Virus record (IMG/VR): IMGVR_UViG_3300049205_000038 | Location: 1-55,936 of that record | Direction: 5' to 3' (one strand) | DNA from: a virus | Taxonomy: Duplodnaviria > Caudoviricetes | DNA length: 55,936 nt | Shown here: positions 25,301-33,295 of the stretch, in pieces | How the letters are laid out: every line of letters begins with the position of its first letter | How positions within the stretch are numbered: position 1 is the first letter of the stretch | The notes under the pieces: generated by a model | The model's database searches: none | What the model saw: the letters and a program-made list of their open reading frames with translations, nothing else | What the model was told of the DNA's origin: nothing | Translations under genes and position numbers: made by a program

Positions 25301-28300
25301 TGCGACTTCGGCAGCGTGGCTTTCTGCCAGCGCGCGTACATCTCGGCGATCGCCTCCTCGACGATCGCCTCCGCCGCCAGATCCTGGTCGCCGTAGGTGT
25401 GCTGCGCCCAGTCGAGCATGCCCATGTCGCGCGCCAGCTGGGCCAACCGCGTCCACTCGCCGTCGGTGAAGACGTTCAGCTCGCGCAGCGCGTGGACCGC
25501 CTCGTGGTGCAGGGTGACGAACTTGTCGCCGCGGCCGTCGAAGGCGATGCGGATCAGCTGCTCCACGGCCTCGAAGTCACCGGCCACATTGGCTCCGCCG
25601 TGGTCCATCTTCAGCAGCACCCGCGGCACGGCGCGCACCGCCACGTCGTGCAGGCCCATCCGGTCCAGGGTGCGACGCAGGTCCCGTTCAAGCTGCGCGG
25701 CTTCGGGCGGCAGGTGCTCCGAAGATCCTTCGTCCAGCCGGGCTTTCTTGCCGGTGAACTTGGCCTGCGCCTCCTGGCGCGCCCTGATCGCGTTGTCGAG
25801 CATATCGTCCAGCTCGACCGGCGACAGCGCACCCTGCTCCGACAGCACCCGCAGCTGCTGGTACTGCGACGACGTGACCATCTTCATGGTCAGCGCGTTC
25901 TCCAGGGTCTCCTGGAACGCACCCACATCTTTCGGCTTGGGCCCGCTGCTCGGCTTCTCTACGGCAGGAACGGCCTTAGCCGCCGGCTGCTTGGGCGCTT
26001 CAGGCTTTGCAGTATCAGCGGGCTCAGCAGCCACACTCCCAGGATCACCGCGATCACCGCGCTGGTTTCCAAGCTCCTGATCCACAAAAGCCTGACCCTC
26101 GTCGTAAGCCTTCGTGCGCGTCTTGCCATCCGGCGCTTGGCGGCGGCCAGCGATCCCATCGTCCACCCCTTTGTTGAACCACTCGCGCCGGGTCGAGCCC
26201 ATGGTGTTGGCTCGTTGAGCGGCCCGGCGGCGCGTGTTGTTCTCCGGGTCGAACAGATCCGTGGTCGGCGCGCCGGCGGCCTCGGGCTGCGGGCGGGCGG
26301 CTTTCGCTTCGCGGCGCGTCTGAGCGGCGTCCAGGCGGTGCAGGTCGTCCGGCGTCTGCTGTGTCAGGTTGAACGGCCGATCGGCCTGGACGGGCTCCGC
26401 TCGCGGCCGGATGATGGTGTCCTGCGGCGCAGGCCCTGGCGTTCCGGCCGGGCCGGGCGGCTTGGCCTCCGGCACCCCCAGCGTGGTGTCCTGCGCGAGG
26501 TGCGTGGCGATCGTATCGGCTTCGGCGTCCGACAGGGTCGGGTCCTTGCCGGCGCGCTTCAGCAGCGCCACGAACCGGCGCTCGGGATTACGGGTGTCGG
26601 GGCTCTCCAGAACACGCCGTAGTATGCTGCTGCGCACGCTCTGCTCGGCGCGCGCGTCGGCGTCGGCGAACTCCTCCCCGCGCAGCTGATCGGCCAGCAG
26701 GGTGCTGGAGGCGGGGACCGCAGGGCCTTGGGGCTCGCGCATGACGGACGCGGCGGGTTGCGGCGCAGGTTGGGGCGCGGGCTCCTGCGGCATGACGGGC
26801 GCTGGAGCCATCGGGGCTTGCGCCGGCATGGGCTGCAAGTCGAGCTCGCCCTGCGTCGCCGACTGCTCGCCGTAGATCTGCACGGCCGAACGCGCCACGG
26901 CTAGGGCGTTCTGGCGGGTGGTTAGGCCGTCGAGCTTGCTGTCGATCTCGGCCTGGAACCGGCGGTGTTGGGCCACGCCATGCTCGTCGGCCGCGTCGTC
27001 CAGCGCCTTCTGCTGCTCGTCGAGTTTCAGCAGCGCCGCGTCGAGCTTGGCCTGCACATCCTCGATCGCGCGCCCGGCCTCAACCGGATCCCCGGCCTGG
27101 AGCGCCGAGCTCACGGTCTTCGAGAGCTTGATGGTCTCCGCCGTCGGCTTTCCATCCCCGCGCATCTGCTGCAGCAGGGTCATCTGCCCGAAAGGGTCGG
27201 TCTCGTCGGCCTCCGCGTTGAAGACCGCAGGCTGCGTCGGGCCGCCCGGGATCACCGCGCGGCCGCCGCCGGCCTTGTCGAACTTCTGCCGCCAGATGTC
27301 GGCGAACTGCCCGGCGGTCATGCCGGCCTCGCCGCCGTTGTTCACCACCGCGTCGTGGCCGACGATGCTCTCGGCCGGCGCGTCCGGGTTGGCGAGCAGG
27401 CGCGCCGCGCCGCCCGGCCCTTGCTGGTGGGCGAGATACAGCTCCCACGGCTCGGGCTCACGGCCCAGGCGCTTGGTCAGGTAGCTCTGGCTGTCCTTGA
27501 GCATGCGCGCCGCGGCGTCGCTGCTCTGCGCGGGGTCGTTCTTGTCGGTCAGGCCGTAGAACTTCGCCGTGCGATCGGTGAACTGGAACAGGCCGCCGGC
27601 GCTGGACACCGGGTTGTCGGCGTTCGGGTCCAGGTTGCTCTCGATCCGGCCGATGGTCAGCAGCGTCTGCGGGTCGACGCCGTGCTTGGCCGCCGCGGCC
27701 TGGATCGTGCCGATCAGGGGGCTGGTCTCGGGGGCGTCCGGGAACAGGTCGAGCTGGGTGTCGCCCTCGTTGCGTGGGCCACCGCGCTGGATCAGATCCT
27801 CCGGCGCGGTGGTCGAGATCGGCTGGGCTTCGGCCGTGCGGGCGGGCTGCGCCTTATGGCCGCCCTCGACCACTGAGATCGCGCCGCCGCCGGCCGCGCC
27901 CTTGGCGGCCGAAACAGCGACATCGTTGAGCGCGTCGGAGCCTGTTAGCTCCTGGCCCGCGCCGGCGCGTTCAAGCTCCGTCTGGGCGGCCTCCGTCGCA
28001 CCTTCGACCACTGCGCCCTTGACGACGCGTTTAACGAGGCCCTCGCCGCCAGCGGTGATGGCTTTCCTGACGACGTTTGTCCCGACCTTGCGGGGCACGG
28101 ACGCCTCGGGACCTAGCATGTCGATCGCGCTGGCGGCCGCGCCGTAGCCCAGGGCCTTGACCTTGTCGTCGGTCCCCAGCTCGCGCTGGGTCTTGCGGAT
28201 GCCGCCATACTCCTGCGGCAGGCTGGCTCCGAACGCACCGACCGCGCCGCCGACGACTGCGCCGGGGATCGCGCCGACGCCTGCGAACAGTGACCCGGCC

Positions 28301-28716
28301 GCGCCGCCCGCCGCCGCACCCGCCGCCGCGCCGCCCAGCGACAGGCCGACCTGCGGAACCGCTTCGCCCACCGCTTCGCGCACGGTGGTGACTGGCTTGG
28401 CCGCGATGTCGGAGATGCTGTTGATCTCCGACGGGTTGGCCGCGACGATCTGGTCCCCCGTCTGCTCCACGGACAGGCCCAGGTTCGGCATGCCGATATC
28501 GCGCATGGTCGAACCGACGCCTTGCAGCACCTGCCCGCCGCCGCGCTGGATATCGTCGCCGATGTTCGGCTTGTGGTCCGGCGCAACCGCGGCCGCCGCA
28601 GGAGCGGGAGCCGGCGGCGCAACGTCCATCGGTACGAAGCTCTTGAACTGCGTGGCGTCAACCGTCGGAGCCTCGGTCTCGGTCGGGACGAAGCTCTTGA
28701 ACTGACGGGGATCCAT
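22312..28716 (-). CDS. large internal virion (ejection) protein with lytic transglycosylase and zincin-like motif
   Basis: 2134 aa, last gene of the structural operon; SLT motifs IESNLDPNA..SSAGGLFQF...YLAHQQG; HHEAVH...EEAIAE; hydrophobic C-terminal region. Confidence 0.85.
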   Translation of the reverse strand: MDPRQFKSFVPTETEAPTVDATQFKSFVPMDVAPPAPAPAAAAVAPDHKPNIGDDIQRGGGQVLQGVGSTMRDIGMPNLGLSVEQTGDQIVAANPSEINSISDIAAKPVTTVREAVGEAVPQVGLSLGGAAAGAAAGGAAGSLFAGVGAIPGAVVGGAVGAFGASLPQEYGGIRKTQRELGTDDKVKALGYGAAASAIDMLGPEASVPRKVGTNVVRKAITAGGEGLVKRVVKGAVVEGATEAAQTELERAGAGQELTGSDALNDVAVSAAKGAAGGGAISVVEGGHKAQPARTAEAQPISTTAPEDLIQRGGPRNEGDTQLDLFPDAPETSPLIGTIQAAAAKHGVDPQTLLTIGRIESNLDPNADNPVSSAGGLFQFTDRTAKFYGLTDKNDPAQSSDAAARMLKDSQSYLTKRLGREPEPWELYLAHQQGPGGAARLLANPDAPAESIVGHDAVVNNGGEAGMTAGQFADIWRQKFDKAGGGRAVIPGGPTQPAVFNAEADETDPFGQMTLLQQMRGDGKPTAETIKLSKTVSSALQAGDPVEAGRAIEDVQAKLDAALLKLDEQQKALDDAADEHGVAQHRRFQAEIDSKLDGLTTRQNALAVARSAVQIYGEQSATQGELDLQPMPAQAPMAPAPVMPQEPAPQPAPQPAASVMREPQGPAVPASSTLLADQLRGEEFADADARAEQSVRSSILRRVLESPDTRNPERRFVALLKRAGKDPTLSDAEADTIATHLAQDTTLGVPEAKPPGPAGTPGPAPQDTIIRPRAEPVQADRPFNLTQQTPDDLHRLDAAQTRREAKAARPQPEAAGAPTTDLFDPENNTRRRAAQRANTMGSTRREWFNKGVDDGIAGRRQAPDGKTRTKAYDEGQAFVDQELGNQRGDRGDPGSVAAEPADTAKPEAPKQPAAKAVPAVEKPSSGPKPKDVGAFQETLENALTMKMVTSSQYQQLRVLSEQGALSPVELDDMLDNAIRARQEAQAKFTGKKARLDEGSSEHLPPEAAQLERDLRRTLDRMGLHDVAVRAVPRVLLKMDHGGANVAGDFEAVEQLIRIAFDGRGDKFVTLHHEAVHALRELNVFTDGEWTRLAQLARDMGMLDWAQHTYGDQDLAAEAIVEEAIAEMYARWQKATLPKSQAAALMQRIRDFIRAIRQVFTNAGYSSGEDILNDIRSGAIGRRQRGTSRLDGKIDAAAKAARIELPEPLAAPVHAIVKSLELAGKAGHIGVTFTEDVAALARNFMPSAKRFIELNSRSHAIARQFEERLLDIKRDYQDLEAKVRGTGKGSVNALLDNMTQRKAWAFQPAWIKTPVTLDPELKAAYDALPPKAQATVRAVFNHGHETRAQLLTGLNSRINAEFDPDIAAAQSPEERKILQDRKARALKMVSRIHDADPNVPYAPRRRSGDWAVIGMSAQYKAAKDAGDSKVMDELRSNPDHYWANFYDTGYEADAMRAKVAEKYAHAQYFQRSKVTDADISGAEIYLAFGDIMGKVQGMVAADPSDANKSLARLARDLYLHSLAEASARKSELKSFRVDATDPVTGEKLDMMKAFVTHGQATTHFIAALHNAPEISKAIRDMAKEAQGVADKDRTSAERLRNSLMYRYTSQLNLPPHRLVNKITRGVSVWNLLLSPAYYATNLMQVEQMSVPLVAGRVGYMKAQAQFMRAYREVAPMFRSISERMKLDDAPADVKDLLQHLLDRGRLDAGLSQELGDWQMGGEGVLPTAWNAVDSVLRYLPQNIETLNRVVTGIAAYRSAKALGDSEAAAREYASKVIFETHGDYSGFNAPGAMTRLGGFGKIALQFRKFQLIQAAYMVRLVNQSLSGETKEQRMLAMKALAFTLAHAGVLTGLVGMPAAATLGPIVMMLIGAATGDDKDWKDWETSLHKWLDSQGFPQWFSDLLYKGAPYAGGVDMSGKVGMSNMTALFPYTDAPTALKDRDSFAATVGQIAGGALMGIGGKLVDGAEFLRDQDYYRALEAIAPTGVIQGSLKAARLETRGVETKSGDRLLKPEEIDAAASVLAVLGFQPSQLADQSERRSAAFQAGEHYKDETTHLKRRYARAAEARDTQAMAKLRAEWEELQAARQRQGFKRQPMATLLKAPREQAKREAQVIAGVPTTKQNRGFVKQMAGSED

Positions 28717-29993
28717 TACTTGCCTCGCGGAGCTTGGGTCTTCGCCGCCTTGCGCACCTGACGCAGCGCCTCAGCCGCATCTTCGAACCGACCGAACGCG
28801 CCGCCGGTGACGCCGTCCACCGCGTACAGCTCGCCGCCGCTGGGGCTTTGGGTGATGCGGATCCCCTTCGGCAGCGCGCCCATGCGGGCCTGCCGCATGG
28901 CGTCGTAGTGGTCGCGCAGATAGTTGCCGGCCTTGTAGCCGACGATGGTGCCGTCGGGGCCGTACTCCGGGATCTTGTAGTTGGCGTCGGACCCCAGGCG
29001 CGCGATGGTCTCGCGGATGGTGCCGGCGTCGGCCACCGGATCGAGCTCGGCGATCTTGCCCAGCTCCGCACGTTCCGCCGCCTTGCGCGCCGCCTCCTGA
29101 GTGTGCAGGCCCAGCTCGGCCTGATTGGTGCGCGCGTTGGTCTGCGCCGCGTCCGCGTGCGCCAGGGCGGCTTGGGCCTGAGCCATCGACGTGCGCGCCT
29201 GCGCTGACGCGGTCAGGGCCTGTCGGGTGCTCTGGTCCCGCTTCAGTTGCATCTCCTCAGCGTAGCCCGGGGTCTTGTTGACGAACTCGGTCAGCTGACT
29301 GCGCATCTGGTCGACGGTCATCTCGCCGGCCTCGTCGCCGCCGATCGTGACCTTGAACTTGCCGCCTGTGGTCGGCTCGTAGTCCACGTCCTTGCCAGTA
29401 TAATGCTCGAACATGTCGGCCAGCCCAGGCATCGTCATGCCTTTCAGGCTCAGTTCTTGATTGGCTTCGTCGCGCGACGCCTTCTGATACTGCTCCAGGT
29501 ACGGCGTGATGTCCTTGCCGTACTTGCGCGCCAGGGCCATCTGCTGCAGCGCCGTGCCGGACGCCGTCTGCAGCGGGGTCTTGTAGTCGACATCCACCGG
29601 AGCGAGTTCAGTGCCGCCGGCAGGCGCGGGCGCGGGCGCAGCGCCGGGCTTCACTTCCGCGTCGCCGCCCATCTGGCCGCCCGCCATCGCCGGCTGCGGG
29701 ATCTGCAGCCCGGCCTTGGCCGCGGCCGCCTTGTGGTCGAGCCCGCCCAGCAGCTTGCCCATGAAGCTCTGCTTGCGGCCGCTCGGGTCCGGGACCGGCT
29801 CGGGCGCAGCGTAGGGATCGAAGCCGGCCGGCAGACCTTCGCCCGGCAGCTTCACGCCGACCTGGGATAGCTGGTACTGCTCGTCGCGATCGCGGGCGCG
29901 CCGCTTCGCCTGCTCGTCGGCCATGTCGGCCATGTGCTTCTGCTGCTTGCGGAAGCCGTCGGCCGCGCCGCCCAGCACCAACCCGATACCCAT
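28716..29993 (-). CDS. putative internal virion/ejection protein
   Basis: Ala/Gln-rich and helical, Gly-rich N-terminus, coupled to the large internal protein. Confidence 0.7.
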   Translation of the reverse strand: MGIGLVLGGAADGFRKQQKHMADMADEQAKRRARDRDEQYQLSQVGVKLPGEGLPAGFDPYAAPEPVPDPSGRKQSFMGKLLGGLDHKAAAAKAGLQIPQPAMAGGQMGGDAEVKPGAAPAPAPAGGTELAPVDVDYKTPLQTASGTALQQMALARKYGKDITPYLEQYQKASRDEANQELSLKGMTMPGLADMFEHYTGKDVDYEPTTGGKFKVTIGGDEAGEMTVDQMRSQLTEFVNKTPGYAEEMQLKRDQSTRQALTASAQARTSMAQAQAALAHADAAQTNARTNQAELGLHTQEAARKAAERAELGKIAELDPVADAGTIRETIARLGSDANYKIPEYGPDGTIVGYKAGNYLRDHYDAMRQARMGALPKGIRITQSPSGGELYAVDGVTGGAFGRFEDAAEALRQVRKAAKTQAPRGK

Positions 29994-29996
29994 GGC

Positions 29997-31043
29997 TTAC
30001 CTCAGCATCCCGTAGTCGACAGCGTAGAAACCCGCGGCGTCGATCACCACAGCTTCCGGGATGTGCTTCAGCACGTCCTGGGCCATGACGCCTTGCTGCA
30101 GTGTGCCGGGCTTCTGCCAGATATAGCGGAAGTTGTAGATCGGCAGGTCGAACTCGCCGAGCGTGCCGACCTGGACGATGTCGGTCTTCAACCGGCGGTC
30201 GGAGCCGAACAGGCCGCCGGCCGGCATCGCCGCCGCGCCGATGGTGCCGAGGAAGTTGCCCAGCCCCGCCTGCGATTGGGCGCTGGCTTCCATCGACGCT
30301 TTGTTCAGCGACGTGTAGGCGTCCAGGTTCGCGCCGTAGCCTTTCAGCCCCAGGCCGTAGCCCGCTTGGTTGACGGCCGCGCCGCTGTTCGCGCCGGCCA
30401 GCCCGCCCTGCGCCGCGCCGAAGGCGGCGTTGGTGGCTCCGCTGGCCGCGCCGCCGTAACCCAGCACCGCCGACTGCCCGCCGCGACCGAAGTTGGCGGC
30501 GTCGGACTTCAGCTGCATGCCGATCATCTTGGCGGCTTCCCGGGCCCGGGTGACCGCGCCGGCCGACGCGGCCGCGCCCATGATCGCCATGTCGCCCATC
30601 GCCGAGATCGCGGCCGGGGAGCTGGGGTCGATCCCGAGCCCCGCCATCTGCCGGGCGACCTGCTGCTTCTGGTTGGCCTGGGCCGCCGCTTGGTCGCCGC
30701 CGGCCGCGCGCGCCATCTGCTCGGCCTTCTCCGGCTCGTTGTAATCCTGGACCGCCTTGTAGTAGGCGTCCTCCGCCGGGATGCCGAATTTCTTGTAGCG
30801 GTCGCGCTGCGTCTGCATGTCCGCCTTGTTGTCGGCGTACAGCTCGTTCTGGTTCCGCTGGGTGTCGGCCGACGCCGCGGTCATCTGCTCGATGGCCGGC
30901 GCGATGTACTTGTTGAAGTAGTCCTCGCTGAACTGGACGCTGCGTTCGGCCAGGGCGCTGTTCGCCGCGGCGGCCTCGCCCACCTGCGGGTCGTAAGCCC
31001 CCTTGGCGTCTTTCTTCATCTGGTCGACCGCGGTCTCACGCAT
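29997..31043 (-). CDS. putative ejection/pilot protein with C-terminal peptidase S74 (intramolecular chaperone) domain
   Basis: Start re-called to ATG 31043. Ala/Gly-rich body, then SDRRLKTDI...IYNFRY...GVMAQDV...VDY. Confidence 0.75.
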   Translation of the reverse strand: MRETAVDQMKKDAKGAYDPQVGEAAAANSALAERSVQFSEDYFNKYIAPAIEQMTAASADTQRNQNELYADNKADMQTQRDRYKKFGIPAEDAYYKAVQDYNEPEKAEQMARAAGGDQAAAQANQKQQVARQMAGLGIDPSSPAAISAMGDMAIMGAAASAGAVTRAREAAKMIGMQLKSDAANFGRGGQSAVLGYGGAASGATNAAFGAAQGGLAGANSGAAVNQAGYGLGLKGYGANLDAYTSLNKASMEASAQSQAGLGNFLGTIGAAAMPAGGLFGSDRRLKTDIVQVGTLGEFDLPIYNFRYIWQKPGTLQQGVMAQDVLKHIPEAVVIDAAGFYAVDYGMLR

Positions 31044-31446
31044 AGCGGCACTCCTCCCGGAACAGGCGATAGAGCTCAACGTCGCCCCCGTCTTCGGCCG
31101 CGCCCTTCATCACGCCCTCCACCTGGAACCCCAGGTGGGCGCAGAAGCGGCGGCTGTCCTGGTTCGAGCGGTCGATCCAGGCGGACACGCGCCGGCACCC
31201 CAGCGTGATGAAGGGGTGCTTGAAGGTCTCATGCAGGAAGTGACGGTTGAGCCACTTGCGGCCTGGACGGGCGGCGACGTGCATGAAGATGTTGGTCCCA
31301 TTGAAATGATCGTAGACGACAGCGGCGATCGTCTCTCCATCTTTCAGCTGGACCAGCCCCTGGTAGCCGTCCGTCCGCCCGAGCGCAAAGAACTCCGTGC
31401 AGAAAGCATACGCGGCTTCACGGTCTGCTGCAACGGTGTAGCCCAT
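31036..31446 (-). CDS. GNAT-fold protein in the virion module
   Basis: F.HPF..LGC.RV...N..S.RF..HLGF..EG; usual position before the ejection genes in podoviruses. Confidence 0.8.
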   Translation of the reverse strand: MGYTVAADREAAYAFCTEFFALGRTDGYQGLVQLKDGETIAAVVYDHFNGTNIFMHVAARPGRKWLNRHFLHETFKHPFITLGCRRVSAWIDRSNQDSRRFCAHLGFQVEGVMKGAAEDGGDVELYRLFREECRYA

Positions 31447-31449
31447 CTG

Positions 31450-31653
31450 TTAGCTAGTCGGGCCTTCCGCGGCGGCCGGGGCGACCGTCTTCGCGAGGCG
31501 GGCGTTCAGCTCCTGAACCAGGGCCCCGAGCTTCGAGCACTCGGTGTTAGCCTCGCGCAGCTGGTTGGTGAGGATGATGTTCTGCACCGTTAGGTCCCCG
31601 ACATGCCTCGCGATGTCGCCTTCGATGCGTTGCGCCGTCTCGTTTTCGCCCAC
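31450..31653 (-). CDS. small coiled-coil protein, possible fibre chaperone
   Basis: Follows the tailspike gene; heptad pattern; AGGAG RBS. Confidence 0.6.
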   Translation of the reverse strand: MGENETAQRIEGDIARHVGDLTVQNIILTNQLREANTECSKLGALVQELNARLAKTVAPAAAEGPTS

Positions 31654-31663
31654 GTGGTCGCTC

Positions 31664-33295
31664 CTATGGAATGGTGCCGGCCAGCGCGCCCCCGATGTAG
31701 AATTGGAATTGGCCGCCGCTAACCTGGATGAAGTTGCCCGACCCTGGCCCGAAGACGAACTGCTGTCCAGACCCCACGCTCATGGATCCGCCGGCGTTGA
31801 TGTTGGCCGCGCAGTCGAACTGCTTGTTGACCTGCACCACGGTGGGCCGGACGCGCAGGCGGCCGTCGTTCGGCGACGCGCGGTTGAAGCGGATGGCGAT
31901 GAAGTCGCTGGTGGTCGGCGCGCCGTCATTGCCGGTCTCCAGGAAGATATCCCCGGCGTGGTTCCCCCACAGGGTCGACTGCACCCCGGTCGCGTCGCCG
32001 CCGCGGTCCACCGTGGTGGCCGTGGAGTTGAAGATCATCCGGTGGCCGAGCGCCATCTGGACGGCGGCGTTGTAGCCGTCGCTGGCGGTGTAGAAGGTCG
32101 AGAAGTCACACCTGACAAAGTCGAGCCCGGTGCGCCACTTGCCCTGCAGGCAGTAGCCGCTGTCGGCCGGCTTGGACCCCTCCGACGTGGTCAGGTAGCC
32201 AACCCAGGCCGCCGAGCGCGCGCCGGTGTCGTTGTCGCGCACGAAGGCGAACCGCGCGCCGATCATGCCGACATCGTTGCCCTGGTCGATGTGATGGATC
32301 TCAATGCCGGTGCCCATCGACCCGGACGAGCCGGGCAGCATGTTGATGTCGCCGCCGTAGAGCCCGGCGGTCGACGCTTCGAACACGTGGGTCTGACCGG
32401 CGTTCGCGCCGTAGTTCTGGTCGACGCGCATCACGTGCGCCACCGCGTCGCCGGGGGCGAAGTTGCGGTAGTGGACGTAGGTGTTCGGCGACCCTGTGCG
32501 GTAGCCCAGGGTGACGATTTCGCCCGAGCTATGGCTGGCGGTGGTCGGGGTGCAGGTGACCGTGGTGCCGACGACGTTGCTCACCGTCACAGTGTCCGTC
32601 GGGCCGGCGAAGAAATTGGTCTTGAACGCCAGCTGCTTGCCGATCCAGGTGCTGCTCGCGCCGTTGGCGGTGAATGATGTCGCGCCGGCCCCGGGGCTGC
32701 TGGTCAGCCGGCCGTCCACACCAGAGCCGCCATCGTAGACGTGCATCCAGTTGTGGTTCGGGATGTAGGGGGTGTCGTAATAGCGACTGACCATCCGCTG
32801 TCGGGCGGTCGGGCCGATCATGAACCACTTGCCCTCGGTCGAGCGCGTGTCGCCGCGGAAGAACCCGGTGGTGCCCTGCACCGGCCACTGGGTGCGCAGG
32901 CTGTTCACATAGCTGAAGTTGCCCGGCATGGCGGTGCCGTCGGCCAGCAGGATCAGGCCGGGGCCGTAGTAACCCTTGGTGAACTGCGGCTGAGTGCGGG
33001 TAGCGCAGTAGAAGATCCCCGACGGGATATAGATCTCGTCGAAACTCGACGCTTCGGCTAGGGCGAACGCGGCGTCATTGTTGGTGGCGCCGTCGTTCAA
33101 GCCGCCGTAATCGACGATTGACGGCGGCGCGTTACCTGTGCCGCTACTCGATCCGGTCTCGACGACGGTGGTGGTCGGGGTCGCGGTCTCGATCGCGGTC
33201 TTGATCTGCTCCAGGTCGTTCTTGACCGCCTGGAGGAAGCTCGCGAGACCGGGCGTCGGGATCGACGGGACCGCCGGGATCCCGGTCCAATTCAT
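31664..33295 (-). CDS. tailspike/tail fibre, receptor-binding
   Basis: Start re-called to ATG 33295 (ATGA overlap). IVDYGGLNDGATNNDAAF...IYIPSGIF resembles a pectate-lyase-3-like beta-helix cap; Gly/Thr/Ser-rich. Confidence 0.75.
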   Translation of the reverse strand: MNWTGIPAVPSIPTPGLASFLQAVKNDLEQIKTAIETATPTTTVVETGSSSGTGNAPPSIVDYGGLNDGATNNDAAFALAEASSFDEIYIPSGIFYCATRTQPQFTKGYYGPGLILLADGTAMPGNFSYVNSLRTQWPVQGTTGFFRGDTRSTEGKWFMIGPTARQRMVSRYYDTPYIPNHNWMHVYDGGSGVDGRLTSSPGAGATSFTANGASSTWIGKQLAFKTNFFAGPTDTVTVSNVVGTTVTCTPTTASHSSGEIVTLGYRTGSPNTYVHYRNFAPGDAVAHVMRVDQNYGANAGQTHVFEASTAGLYGGDINMLPGSSGSMGTGIEIHHIDQGNDVGMIGARFAFVRDNDTGARSAAWVGYLTTSEGSKPADSGYCLQGKWRTGLDFVRCDFSTFYTASDGYNAAVQMALGHRMIFNSTATTVDRGGDATGVQSTLWGNHAGDIFLETGNDGAPTTSDFIAIRFNRASPNDGRLRVRPTVVQVNKQFDCAANINAGGSMSVGSGQQFVFGPGSGNFIQVSGGQFQFYIGGALAGTIP

